Assembly (NCBI GenBank): GCA_001780275.1
Contig: MFGB01000006.1
Coordinates: 1,756 to 65,755, forward strand
Length of the DNA: 64,000 nt
Source: Candidatus Falkowbacteria bacterium RIFOXYA2_FULL_47_19
Lineage (GTDB): Bacteria > Patescibacteriota > Patescibacteriia > Patescibacteriales > UBA12075
Reading direction: 5' to 3'
Shown here one piece after another: positions 18,565 through 29,000 of the stretch. Both the position numbers and the translations under genes were made by a program. The notes under the pieces were generated by a model that was not told the DNA's origin, ran no database searches, and was given only the letters and a program-made list of their open reading frames with translations. Numbering within the stretch: position 1 is the first letter of the stretch; each line of letters starts with the position of its first letter.

Positions 18565-19344
18565 TTAATGACAGCATTCTTCATGCTTTGTTCCGAAACA
18601 AAAACCGGATAAAAACAGTAATGTGCCGGTAATGACAGAATACTGGCCGAACGAAAGACCGGCCACGAAAACCAGAATAAATGATAGCAATCTATAGCGC
18701 CGGGTCTCATTTAAAAATTTAGAAAATAGCCGTCCCGAAAGGAAAAATATGTATCCGGCGAGCAATATCGAAATATACGGGTCGGCCTTTGTCCAGCCGG
18801 AAAAAAATATAATCACAGCAGACGCGATCACGGCGAGCGAACAGAAAAGATCGGATAGAACATGCGCTGATAAAACCTCGTGCGTCGAGCTCCGATGCTT
18901 TTCCGGTGCCGCGCCCAAGATCTTATGCACCAGATAGTTTCCGGCCGCGCCCGCCATAGCAACGAGCATTACCGGCCAGACGATAAAGATCGCCGGGTTA
19001 ATCAACCGCTCCTGAGCCTCGCTTAAAACATGCAAACCGCCGATGAACAAAAGCAGAGTGCCGAGACAAGCGAACAAACCGCGGATAAATCCTTCTTTCC
19101 GTTTAGTAATTTTAAGGCAGATGCAGGCGATAATGAGAGAGGCGATGTTGACGATAAGATCGGATGACGCGTGAAAGGTGTCCGCCCGCAAGGCTAAGTT
19201 ATTCGAAAACCAAACCGCGATAAGCTGAAACAAAAGTATTCCCAGGGTTATGCCGACCGCCCGCTTATATCTTTCGATCTCGCAATGGCAGTCTTTTTCG
19301 TCTCCCGTATCGGGAAACCGGCAATGATCGTAATGACCGTTCAT
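18565..19344 (-). CDS. Cation diffusion facilitator (CDF)-like metal efflux membrane protein lacking the usual cytoplasmic C-terminal domain
   Basis: CDF TM2/TM5 signatures ALRADTFHASSDL and HVLSDLF are present. Both termini are Cys/His-rich: HYDHCRFPDTGDEKDCHC at the N-terminus and KHEECCH at the C-terminus. Confidence 0.65.
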   Translation of the reverse strand: MNGHYDHCRFPDTGDEKDCHCEIERYKRAVGITLGILLFQLIAVWFSNNLALRADTFHASSDLIVNIASLIIACICLKITKRKEGFIRGLFACLGTLLLFIGGLHVLSEAQERLINPAIFIVWPVMLVAMAGAAGNYLVHKILGAAPEKHRSSTHEVLSAHVLSDLFCSLAVIASAVIIFFSGWTKADPYISILLAGYIFFLSGRLFSKFLNETRRYRLLSFILVFVAGLSFGQYSVITGTLLFLSGFCFGTKHEECCH

Positions 19345-19429
19345 ATTCGCCTCCTGGCCGCTTTTCAGGCGCTTTCGAAAAAAGAGAGGCCGCTCACATG
19401 CGAACGGCCCTGATAATTGCTTTAGAATG

Positions 19430-20488
19430 TCAATTCGCCAAAAAATTATTCCGTAAAAAAGCTACGGCTGGCGGATAATATTTGCGGAGGGACGTTCCCG
19501 AGGCGAAGGAAAAATGTCCGCCCGGACTGGCGAAAACGGCTTTTTGCGGAGAGGAAACATAATGGATCACTTCCGTGGCCTGGCGCGGCAGGGTAATCTG
19601 GTCCTTTTCACTGTAAATAACGCTTAAAGGGCAGCGGACATCGGCCAGGTTTACCCTGCGGCCGTGGACCGCAAACTCTCCCTTGATGAGCAGGTTTTCG
19701 AAGAAAAGATCCTTGACGGTCTGTAAATACTGCCGGCCGGGCAGACACTGCGTCTTGTAATACCAACGACGGAAATCTTCGTATTTAGCGAGTTTTCCCG
19801 CCTCTTTCCGGAGGATCATCTCAAAAAGTTTCGGACCGTCGTCTTCGATGCGCTTCTGCCAGCTCATGGCGATGAAGCCTGCTACCAGCCAGCGCCCGTC
19901 CATAAGGCCATAGCCGCACGCCACCATATATTCATAAAATCCGTATCCATAAGTATCAAGGGCCTTCTGGATCGGACCGCCGTCGATCTTAAAATCAACC
20001 GGCGAATTTACGAGCATGAGTCCGGCGAAAGTTCCGGGATAAAGCGCTTCAGTGATCAGGCTGGGATATCCGCCCTGGCAAACTCCGATTCCTATGGTCG
20101 GTTTGCCGATCTTTTTAACGCACTGGCGGATGCCGTCGACGAACTCGTCGAAACCTTCGTTTTTCCGGTCCATAGTCGCGTCTTTGGAGACCTTCAGGTA
20201 TACCGCACCGATCGTATTGTCGTGGACCATCCGGACGATTGACTGCTCTTCGGATAAAGCCATGCAATTTCCGGTATGTCCGGCTTCGGGAGCGGCCAGT
20301 AAGGAAGCGAATGGCGCATTATCCCGGCCGTCATCCGGAAAAAAACGGTAAAGGATATATCCCGGTTCGTCGAGTACGATCTTACAGGGGTGGGGCCAGG
20401 GAATTTCCTGCGGTATCGGACACAAAGTTATTGTCCACCACGTTAACCAGGCTTCCCAATAATCGAGAAGATTCGTATTTGCTTTCAT
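19430..20488 (-). CDS. Class III PHA synthase (PhaC)-like alpha/beta hydrolase with a Cys nucleophile
   Basis: 352 aa. The lipase-box variant G-V-C-Q-G-G is followed by ...LVNSPVDF, and SPGGHFSFASG lies near the C-terminus. As I recall them, this resembles the GxCxGG / GGH pattern of ~355-aa class III PhaC proteins. Confidence 0.55.
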   Translation of the reverse strand: MKANTNLLDYWEAWLTWWTITLCPIPQEIPWPHPCKIVLDEPGYILYRFFPDDGRDNAPFASLLAAPEAGHTGNCMALSEEQSIVRMVHDNTIGAVYLKVSKDATMDRKNEGFDEFVDGIRQCVKKIGKPTIGIGVCQGGYPSLITEALYPGTFAGLMLVNSPVDFKIDGGPIQKALDTYGYGFYEYMVACGYGLMDGRWLVAGFIAMSWQKRIEDDGPKLFEMILRKEAGKLAKYEDFRRWYYKTQCLPGRQYLQTVKDLFFENLLIKGEFAVHGRRVNLADVRCPLSVIYSEKDQITLPRQATEVIHYVSSPQKAVFASPGGHFSFASGTSLRKYYPPAVAFLRNNFLAN

Positions 20489-20599
20489 CTCTTTCCTCCG
20501 TGGAAACTTTGGATTTTTGTAAAGATCTTTTTGAATTTATATACTCAAAGTATCTTATTTTTTAGAAAAAAAGTCAATCGCAAATAACAAATAAAGGCT

Positions 20600-21151
20600 T
20601 CAGAAAACCTGAGCGGTAAATATTAATATTAAAGCGTCCTTCTCTTTGTAATAATCCCGCGGCAATCCCGCTTTTCCGGCGCAAAGTTCGGACAGAAAAG
20701 CTTCCAGATTATTATGGAAGTGTTCAGCTACCTGAGGCAGGAACACGCCGGAGCGGAGGCCGCTTTTGATTATAACGCCGTGCTTGCCCATCTCGATCTT
20801 CCGCCAATCTTTTATCGGTTCCGGCGCGGACAAAACGCTTATTTCATATTCAAGGTCTTCGAGCTCTTCGGGTTCGACCGGCAGGAAGCGGTTGTCCTCG
20901 CTCGCGGCCGCGATCGCCATTTCCCGGATTACCGCCCAAAGCGGTTCACCGGCCGGAGCGATAAGTCCGATACATCCCCGCAGCTGTCCATTCCTGCTTA
21001 AAGTGACGAAAGCGCCTTCCGGCCGATTCAAACGTTCATCTCTGATATCGAAATCCGGTATGACGCCGGTCTTGACGTAAGTTTCCACGGTTTCTCTGGC
21101 GATATCTAATAATATATTTTTTTGTTTTCGGCTTAAATCGCTTTTTTGCAT
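20600..21151 (-). CDS. AMMECR1 domain protein
   Basis: The motif LRGCIGLI...PL......A..AA.ED.RF.PV is present and the length of 183 aa fits the family. Confidence 0.8.
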   Translation of the reverse strand: MQKSDLSRKQKNILLDIARETVETYVKTGVIPDFDIRDERLNRPEGAFVTLSRNGQLRGCIGLIAPAGEPLWAVIREMAIAAASEDNRFLPVEPEELEDLEYEISVLSAPEPIKDWRKIEMGKHGVIIKSGLRSGVFLPQVAEHFHNNLEAFLSELCAGKAGLPRDYYKEKDALILIFTAQVF

Positions 21152-21176
21152 ATAGTTTAATATAAAATATCTAGGA

Positions 21177-21668
21177 TCATAACTTTTCCAATATCTTCAA
21201 CTCCAACTTACCGCTCTCCGTCTCCCAAACCGCGAACGTCGCCTTCGAAAACGTCCCACCGAGCGTTCCAGGATTAACTACGTGCATCCGGCCCCGTTTT
21301 TCGATCCAGGGTTCATGGGTATGGCCGTAAAAAACAAGATCGCACGGGCCGTGCCGGAGGACATAATCGATTAAAAAGGGCTCATGGCACACACCGATCA
21401 TTTTGCCGTCCAGCTCGAAGCGCCCAATCCGTCCGTAATATTTTATATTCCCGTATTTTCCGACCCCTTCTTCATCGAAAAGGACGGCATTACCCTTCAC
21501 TAAACGGACAAAACCGGCGAAATTGCCGGCTAAAAATTCCAAAGTTTCATCGGTGGTCACGTCGCCGCAGCAAATAATCTCCTGAATATCGTTTTGACGG
21601 CACCAATCCAGGCACTTTTTTAGATTGGTTATATTATCATGTGTATCCGAAATAATAACGATTTTCAT
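21177..21668 (-). CDS. YfcE/MJ0936-family metallophosphoesterase
   Basis: Motifs found: ISDTHDN, CCGDV, GNAV and YGHTHEP. Confidence 0.8.
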   Translation of the reverse strand: MKIVIISDTHDNITNLKKCLDWCRQNDIQEIICCGDVTTDETLEFLAGNFAGFVRLVKGNAVLFDEEGVGKYGNIKYYGRIGRFELDGKMIGVCHEPFLIDYVLRHGPCDLVFYGHTHEPWIEKRGRMHVVNPGTLGGTFSKATFAVWETESGKLELKILEKL

Positions 21669-21678
21669 ATTATCCGCG

Positions 21679-22683
21679 TTAATTCATGATCTCTGGGTCC
21701 CTTTTTACCATCCTGAATATCACGACCTGGAACATTGTTGTCGTTACCAGCGTCGTTACTACCAGAGCTGAATATAGATTCGACGGTAATATGCCGACCG
21801 TCATGGCAATATAGGCAATGGCCAGCTCAACCGCTCCCTTGGCGTTCATCCCCCATCCCACGAGCCATAATTGGCTCCAACTCAGTCTGGTTATCGGCCT
21901 CGTCAAAAAAACCCCCAAAATCTGTCCGACGGTGGCGGTGGTAATTACCAGAACCAGAATAGGGATATCGACACGAAAGCTGCTTAGATCGAAATTCAGA
22001 CCAATATTAACGAATAAGAAGGGTACTATAGTAGCTAAAAGAATATTTTCCAGCCGCTTTAAGTGTCTATTTTCCCGGTTAAACAAACAGTGGACGAAAA
22101 TACCGATAAAAAATGCCGCCAACATCCCGCCCAAAAGCCAAACCTCCTCCATGGAAATATTGTTATCGGTAAAAAAATAAGCGACCAGGATCAACATAAA
22201 GACACCGATGATATCATTGATAATGCCGGTGCCCATAAGCAATGAACCAAGCCTGGTTCTTATTTTGCCCATCTGCATAAGCACCCTGGCCTTGACGGAT
22301 TCGGCCGTGATCCCGAAGCAAATACCCATAATAAGGGACGTTGAGATTTTAAATCCAAGAACGGTGAAAACAACGAAACCCAAAAAAAGGGAAGTAGCCA
22401 CCGTAAATAAGGTTATAACCAGCGCGCCCCGGCGTTCCTTGATGATCATATTCCATGAAACCTCGAAGCCGGCTAGAAACATAAGGGTAACAAGTCCTAT
22501 GTTGGCCAGACCGCCAAACATCTCTTTGTGTCCGGCCACCACCAATGACCTTATCGGGGGTATGGCCAATATCAATCCGGCCACGATCAAACCGATAACC
22601 GATGAAAAATGCAGCCGATTAGCTAATCGCGTAAAAACATAGGAGATTAAAATAATGAGAGTTATACTTAGAAAAAGGGGCAT
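21679..22683 (-). CDS. Cation:proton antiporter (Na+/H+ exchanger family) membrane protein
   Basis: About 10 TM segments with a CPA-type N-terminus (RL.FSSVIGLIVAGLIL). The track start at 22689 is a TTG; the first ATG is at 22681-22683. Confidence 0.65.
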   Translation of the reverse strand: MPLFLSITLIILISYVFTRLANRLHFSSVIGLIVAGLILAIPPIRSLVVAGHKEMFGGLANIGLVTLMFLAGFEVSWNMIIKERRGALVITLFTVATSLFLGFVVFTVLGFKISTSLIMGICFGITAESVKARVLMQMGKIRTRLGSLLMGTGIINDIIGVFMLILVAYFFTDNNISMEEVWLLGGMLAAFFIGIFVHCLFNRENRHLKRLENILLATIVPFLFVNIGLNFDLSSFRVDIPILVLVITTATVGQILGVFLTRPITRLSWSQLWLVGWGMNAKGAVELAIAYIAMTVGILPSNLYSALVVTTLVTTTMFQVVIFRMVKRDPEIMN

Positions 22684-22776
22684 AGACAATATATCTGGAC
22701 ATGCAAAAACCAGGTTCTGTGCATATTTTTAGGACCCGATAAAAAGACGCCAAAATTAATCTTCTTAAATAGAGGA

Positions 22777-23934
22777 TTATTTAACGATAAAATAATAAAT
22801 TAAATTATATACAATACCGCCCAGGAACATCAGGATAAAAAAGCTCGTAATAAAATTCCCCGGCTGCCGGTCGAATAGGACCAGTTTGCCCTCCTGTTTC
22901 TGAAGCTTCCGGAATATAAGTATCAAAACGATGCCGCAAAAACCGCTGCCGATAGAACCGACGAAACCGATCACGTCCACCAAATTTCTGGCTCCGGTAA
23001 TATACATAAGATAAGGTACGAAGACCGCTATCGCCCAGGACAACTTCTTGCCCACTCCGTAATCCCAATTCAATATCTCCTTGACGGATTCCGACACCCC
23101 GAAGAACGATGTTATCATGGTTAGCACCCCGAAGATCAGGGAAAAGAACACTACCCCGTCATTAAGGACTTGCTTGACTCCCACTAAAGCGTCTTCCGTG
23201 GTAGCGGACCCGGAAATACCGACGATAACCAGGGTAAAGATTATAATGACAACCACCGGCAGGAACGTGCCGATACGTATCACGCTTTTTATGGATTTTC
23301 TGTCGCGATCGAGAAGTTTTGATATTATAGGCATCGATCCGTTCCCGTCCAGGGAGAAAAGCATGACGCCGTAAGGAAGAAGGATATATTTCCAGTCAAG
23401 CAGGCTGTAGTTAACCGCGCTGATCTCTCCCCATCCTTTCCAGGCGATAAGAGCCGGCATTAAAAGCAGAAACGCGGTCAGGACTAATTCCACCTTGGCG
23501 ATCATGCCGATGCCAAAGTAAACGACGACGGCTTCCAGTGCAAAAAGAACGGAGGCATAAACGAATTCACTCCCGCCGAAATACGGAGAAAAAAGCTCGT
23601 GTAAAAATATGCCCGTAATGATTATGTAGGCCAGTAGTCCGCCGAAATTGCCCGTCATCTTCGCGATCAGGACGAAAATTTTATATTTTTTCCCTAAATA
23701 CTCGGTCGCATAACCTGGCAGCCGGCGGCTGGTACCTGAAACGCAGATAATATTCGCGTAAACTAAATGCAAAAAATATTGTATCGGTCCTAAAAATAAA
23801 AGAAAGCCAAAAAAGGTCAAAAGTCCGGCTTTCGCGACGACAAAGGGGAGACCGAACATCCCGACGCCGATGATGTAGCCGACCATGACGGCGATGGCTT
23901 TATAATAATTCTTGTGACGGCTGGATGTAAGCAT
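22777..23934 (-). CDS. Amino-acid permease (APC superfamily, Trp/Tyr-permease-like)
   Basis: 385 aa with about 11 TM segments. The N-terminal segment AVMVGYIIGVGMFGLPFVVAKAGL is typical of the family. Confidence 0.6.
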   Translation of the reverse strand: MLTSSRHKNYYKAIAVMVGYIIGVGMFGLPFVVAKAGLLTFFGFLLFLGPIQYFLHLVYANIICVSGTSRRLPGYATEYLGKKYKIFVLIAKMTGNFGGLLAYIIITGIFLHELFSPYFGGSEFVYASVLFALEAVVVYFGIGMIAKVELVLTAFLLLMPALIAWKGWGEISAVNYSLLDWKYILLPYGVMLFSLDGNGSMPIISKLLDRDRKSIKSVIRIGTFLPVVVIIIFTLVIVGISGSATTEDALVGVKQVLNDGVVFFSLIFGVLTMITSFFGVSESVKEILNWDYGVGKKLSWAIAVFVPYLMYITGARNLVDVIGFVGSIGSGFCGIVLILIFRKLQKQEGKLVLFDRQPGNFITSFFILMFLGGIVYNLIYYFIVK

Positions 23935-23970
23935 AGATTTATCTAAATAATTTTCTTATAAATTGATAAA

Positions 23971-24092
23971 AAATCCTAAGCTCTAAATTCTAAATCCTAA
24001 ATAAATCATAAATACCAAAATTCAAATATAGAAAAACGCTTTGAATTTAGATCTTTTGAATTTGTTTAGAATTTAGAGCTTAGAATTTAGGG
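23971..24092. repeat. Imperfect ~120-bp word-palindrome in an intergenic spacer (cctaagctctaaattctaaa / tttagaatttagagcttag)
   Basis: The arms were read directly; 19 of 20 nt are complementary in the core. It lies between co-directional genes. Confidence 0.75.
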
Positions 24093-24114
24093 CTTTTCCG
24101 CAAACTACGATTAT

Positions 24115-25245
24115 TTACTTTGTCGATATATGCAATTGCCCATTTTCTACCTGCCGCGCCGTACCATTATCCACCTCCGACCATTTAACAAACTTGTCAA
24201 AAAATATTCTTCTTTCATCGTCCGCCATAAGTTCCGGCCGGCTCGATTTCGACCGCAGGGGGAATAGATCTATCGTCACGCCGCCATCGACTATTTCCAG
24301 GCCCACCGCCAGCTCCTCCTGCGTGTCCGCGGAGAAATACTGGTCAAAAATAAAATTCCCCAAAGAATAAAATATCGGCTTGCCTTTATAAATCTCCATG
24401 CCCTGGACCACATGCGGATGGTGGCCGATCACTATGTCCGCTCCGGCATCGATAAGCTTATGGGCCACTGACCTCTGGGTGGCGTTAAAATTATGTTCGT
24501 ATTCACGCCCCCAATGGATATTAACTATTACCTGATCGGTCGAGCTGGCCAGTTTCCTGACCGCATTTTCCATTTTATTCTGATCCAACAAGCCGTAAAC
24601 CATGCTGAATCCGGCCAGGCCGATTTTCCGGCCGCTTAAAGCCAAAATTTCGGAACTGCATTCGCCGATTTTTCTATCGGCGCAACCGGCGCTAATAAAA
24701 CCCAAAGCGTCCAGATTCTTCCCTGTTTCCTCTATACCCCTTTCCCCCTGATCGGACAGGTGGTTGTTGGCGATATTAAAAAAATTAAAATTGTAGTTTT
24801 TAAGCTCCGCGATCAGATCGGGATGGAAAGCGAAATCGTAAGACATTGCCGGCGGATAATGCTCGCCATTATCCGTAACCGCGCCCTCCAGGTTGGCGCC
24901 GATCAAATCGTATCCGCGGAAAAATTCAGAAACGAATCCGGAGAAAATATCATCCAGTCCGGTTCGAGCGATCTTTTCACCGACATGCCGATCAAGCATC
25001 AGGTCGCCGAAAAAAAGCATTTTTAAAGGGCGGGCGGCTGATCCCGGCAGGTTAAAGGCGAAACTTTTGGCCGGGCGTGCGAAAACCGCGGCTGGATTAT
25101 CGGCGATTGCCGGAGCGCTCTCCACCCCCCTGTCCGTGCCCGCGCCATTGTCCCAGGCGAAATAAAATATTAAAAAAACAAAAAAAATCGGTGTTAACGC
25201 CGTTATGATAAAAACAAGATCATTTGTGGAATGATTGTTTTTCAT
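24115..25245 (-). CDS. CapA/PGA_cap-family metallophosphatase-like protein, membrane anchored
   Basis: Motifs found: FFGDLMLDRHV, NLEGAVT, NIANNHLSDQG, NIHWGREY and VIGHHPHVVQG...YSLGNFIFDQ. The track start at 25305 is a TTG inside a repeat; an ATG is present at 25243-25245. Confidence 0.8.
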   Translation of the reverse strand: MKNNHSTNDLVFIITALTPIFFVFLIFYFAWDNGAGTDRGVESAPAIADNPAAVFARPAKSFAFNLPGSAARPLKMLFFGDLMLDRHVGEKIARTGLDDIFSGFVSEFFRGYDLIGANLEGAVTDNGEHYPPAMSYDFAFHPDLIAELKNYNFNFFNIANNHLSDQGERGIEETGKNLDALGFISAGCADRKIGECSSEILALSGRKIGLAGFSMVYGLLDQNKMENAVRKLASSTDQVIVNIHWGREYEHNFNATQRSVAHKLIDAGADIVIGHHPHVVQGMEIYKGKPIFYSLGNFIFDQYFSADTQEELAVGLEIVDGGVTIDLFPLRSKSSRPELMADDERRIFFDKFVKWSEVDNGTARQVENGQLHISTK

Positions 25246-25263
25246 TAAAAATATTAAAATATC

Positions 25264-25390
25264 AAGAAACAAGATACAAGGATACAAACAAATTTCAATT
25301 CGCAAATCACAAATATCAAACTATTTGTATTTTTGGTTATCGGGATTTGCGATTTGTTTGTAATTTGTATCTTGTATCCTTGTGTCTTGC
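25264..25390. repeat. Imperfect word-palindrome (caagatacaaggatacaaacaaat ... atttgtttgtaatttgtatcttgtatccttg)
   Basis: Read directly. It shares the words gatacaagga / acaaacaaat with the element at 38815-38990. Confidence 0.75.
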
Positions 25391-25409
25391 GGTACGCAAA
25401 TTTCGAGTT

Positions 25410-25985
25410 CTACTTTCCGGCTCTGATCTTTATCTCATAATCGATCTGCTCGATCTTTCGAAGATTACCCCGAGCCTGGTCGTATTTCGTCCGGAGATAA
25501 GCGGTCATATCGAATTCAACAAGCTCCGCCATGATATCATTGACGATCTTCTTGATTTTTTCCACTTCTTCGGGGCGGCCGTCAGCCGCTTCGTTAACGG
25601 CCCGGCGGACCAATTCGCCGGTCAGATCGCAAATGCCCCCCAAATAGCTTTCATAGCTTAACCGCGCCTCTTTGAATCTGTCTATTTTCTTGCCGGCAAG
25701 CACCGTATAAAGCAGCTTGGCCTCCGCGTATTCTTCCGCGCCCGCCTTATAGGACCCTTCTTCGTTTATTCGTTCAAAACCGAATTTACCTTCGAGCTTC
25801 TTGATCATTTTTTCTATCTCGGCTAGGTCGGCTTTGGCTTTTTTCGCGTCTCCCCGATGCAGAGAAAAAATAACCCGCTTCGAATCGTGAAGGACGACAT
25901 TCGAAAGGCTGATTATCTGCCGCCTCTCCCCCTCGTGCTTGTTATACTCCTCTTTTAGCTCTTGAATGAATTTTTTGTTGATCAT
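25410..25985 (-). CDS. Translin-family protein
   Basis: 191 aa and all-helical. The motif YLGGICDLTGELVRRAV matches the translin/TRAX Y..G..DL.GEL.R signature. Confidence 0.6.
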   Translation of the reverse strand: MINKKFIQELKEEYNKHEGERRQIISLSNVVLHDSKRVIFSLHRGDAKKAKADLAEIEKMIKKLEGKFGFERINEEGSYKAGAEEYAEAKLLYTVLAGKKIDRFKEARLSYESYLGGICDLTGELVRRAVNEAADGRPEEVEKIKKIVNDIMAELVEFDMTAYLRTKYDQARGNLRKIEQIDYEIKIRAGK

Positions 25986-26079
25986 TGATTTAAACAGGCG
26001 TTAGACGTTAGCGGTTAGGCCCTAGCGGATCAACCCTAAAGCCTAAAACTCTAATGCCTAGAACCCTAATACTAAATTA
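25986..26079. repeat. Word-palindrome spacer built from TTAG(C/G)/CTAA words
   Basis: cgttagacgttagcggttaggccctagcgg ... ccctaaagcctaaaactctaatgcctagaaccctaatactaa. Confidence 0.6.
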
Positions 26080-29000
26080 TCATCTCGCCACCCGAAAAAC
26101 CTCCTCAACGGTCGTCTCTCCCTCTAAGGCCTTTAAGATGCCGTCCTGAACCATGAGCATGGCCCCGCTTTTTAGGGCCGTCTGCTCGATCTCGTAATCG
26201 GTAACCTCCCGCCCCTGGACGAGTTTTTGCATTTCCGGTGTCATTTCTATGATCTCGTAAAGTCCGATCCGGCCCTTGTAACCGATGCCGCCGCACTGTT
26301 CGCAGCCCCTGCCTTTATAGAACTTGAATACCGACGGAATTTTTACTCCGGTAACAGGCGAAATACTGTCTAAAACGCTTTTTACCTCTTTAAGAGTATC
26401 CGGCGATAGATCGGTCTCTTCCTTGCAGTTCTGGCAGATCCGACGTGCCAGCCTTTGTCCGATCGAACATTCGACCGAATTGGCGAGCATCTGCCGGTCA
26501 ATACCCAAGCCAACGAAACGGGGAAACGCGCCGGCCGCGCTATTGGCGTGTATGGTTGAAAGGACAAGGTGGCCGGTCATAGCCGATTCGATCGCGATCC
26601 TGGCGGTCTCTTCGTCGCGGATCTCGCCGATCATGATCACGTTCGGATTCTGCCGCAGGAGGGATTTTAAGGCGGCCGCGAAACTATAGCCTTTTTCCAC
26701 ATCTACCTGGGTCTGCATGATTCCTTCCATGTGGTATTCGATCGGATCTTCAACCGTAATAACTTTAATATCGGGATTATTCAGATGGTTAAGAATGCTA
26801 TAGAGCGTTGTTGTCTTGCCGCTGCCCGTCGGTCCGGTAGTTATGATTATACCCTTTGTTTTCCCCATGGACCGCAAAACCGGCTTTAAGGCGTAAGGCC
26901 GCATTCCCAGGTCGTCCATCTTAAGAGCCGAGGCCTGGCTCGTCAAAAGCCGGATAACCACGGTTTCCCCGTAACCGCCGGAAATTATCGAAACGCGGCA
27001 ATCCAGTTTTTCCCTGGTTTTGCTCCCCAATTGGATACTGAAACGGCCGTCCCAGGTGGCCCGCTTGACGTTAGTCGGAAAACCGGCCAATACCTTGACC
27101 TTTGAAATGAGCTGCAGGTGATATTCCTCCGGCAGCGCGGCCACTTCGTGCAGGATGCCGTCTATCCGGAAACGAATCTTAACTCCTGCTTCCGTAGGCT
27201 CGATATGGATATCGCCGGCACTGCTTTTGATCCCGGCCGCCATAATGACGGCGATCATCTGCCGGTTCGGGACATCGTTGATCCTGGCGTTTATATCGGA
27301 AAGATTCTTGGCGGCTTCTTCGCCCCATCCCATTTCCTCATCCGTAATTTCTATGCCGCGGCCGATAGTCTGGGAAATAACGATGTCATACAAAGCATCG
27401 ACATAATCGAATTTTCCGATTACCCGATAAATCTCCTCCAGGCTAGTTACTCCGCTTAAGCATTTTAGGATTCCGTCCTGCAGCATCGTGATCATGCCGT
27501 TCTCGATGGCTTGCTGCAGAATCTTAAAAGCCGGCTGGTTGTCCAGGGTCAACTGTTTAATATCGTCGGTCATGGTAAAAATCTCAAAAATTCCGATCCG
27601 GCCCTTATAGCTGATGCCTTTACACTCCTTGCATCCCGGTCCGGGCTTATAAAGGGTCGGAAATTTGTTCGGTATGCTCACTCCCGCGCGGGGAGATATG
27701 ACGGCCAGGATCTTTTTTACCCTTTCCCTTTCAGAGACGTCCAATTCGTGTTTTATCTTGCAGTGGTCGCAAAGTTTTCGCACGAGGCGCTGTCCGATAA
27801 CCGCGTTTATCGAGGGCATGAGAAAATAAGGCTTGATACCGATATCGATAAGGCGCGGGATCACGCCGGCGGCGTCATTGGTGTGAAGCGTCGACAGGAC
27901 CAAATGCCCGGTCAGGCTCGCCTGGACCGCGATCTCGGCGGTTTCCAGGTCGCGGATCTCGCCGACCATGACTATATCCGGATCCTGGCGGAGTATCGAA
28001 CGCAGACCGTTGGAAAAAGTATATTTCTTTTTTTCATCAACCTGGCTTTGGTTGATGCCCTCAAGGTGATATTCGATCGGATCTTCCAGGGTAACGATCT
28101 TCGTTCCCGGCTTGTTCAATACGTTTAAAATCGCATAAAGAGTGGTGGTTTTTCCGCTGCCGGTCGGTCCGGTCGTAAGAATAAGGCCGTTGGGTTTTTT
28201 AATTTCCCGTTCCAATACCTGGAAAGCGGAAAACGGTATTCCCAGATGATCAAAGGGAACCTTGATCTCACCGGACCGAAGCAGGCGCATAACCACGCTT
28301 TCGCCGTTCGAGGTGGGCAGGAAAGAGGTGCGCACCTCGACCTTCTCTTTGGACAACAATATGGTGTACCGGCCGTCCTGCGGCTTGTCGGCGATATTTA
28401 TCTTAACCCCGGCCAGAAGTTTCATGCGCGACACGATCTTTTTCCATTTTTCCTTGGCAATTTCGGCCGCGTTCTGTAAAACGCCGTCGATCCGTAGCCT
28501 GACCGCTATCCCGTTTTCTTCAGCTTCGATATGAACATCGCTGGCCTGGGTCTTTAACGCCGTGGCCAATACGAGAGTAACAACATCGCTGATGTTAACC
28601 TTGTTTATCTTTTCATTTAAGCTGCGGTAATCCTTTATGTCGGCATCGAACTTCTTAAGATCTTCTTCTCCGATCTCGACGCCTTTAAAAGCGGGAATTA
28701 GTTTAGGCAATATCCTGTATAGATCAAGGCCGTAAGCAAGGCTGCGCTCTGAAATAAGGTAGATCTTTCCCTGGCAAAAATATTTCCTGTCCAATTCGTC
28801 CAATAGTTCTCCGACTCCGGGATTTTCCGGTTCGGTGGTCGCTATCCTGATCTTTTCGCCGTCATAAAAAAAACAAACGGTTTTTAGCCGAGTGGCGTCT
28901 TCTATGTCTATAAGGGATAACGCGTCCGGGCTGATCGGAAATCCGAATAAGTTCACGTAGGGAATACCGGCCTGCGCCGCCTTCTGATTGGTCAGTCTTT

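Noticed and set aside
23935-26079. Short tandem words in spacers as a CRISPR array or as microsatellite slippage
   Set aside because: There are no regularly spaced identical repeats separated by unique spacers, and no cas genes. The words are organised as two complementary arms (palindromes), not as a one-directional tandem array.
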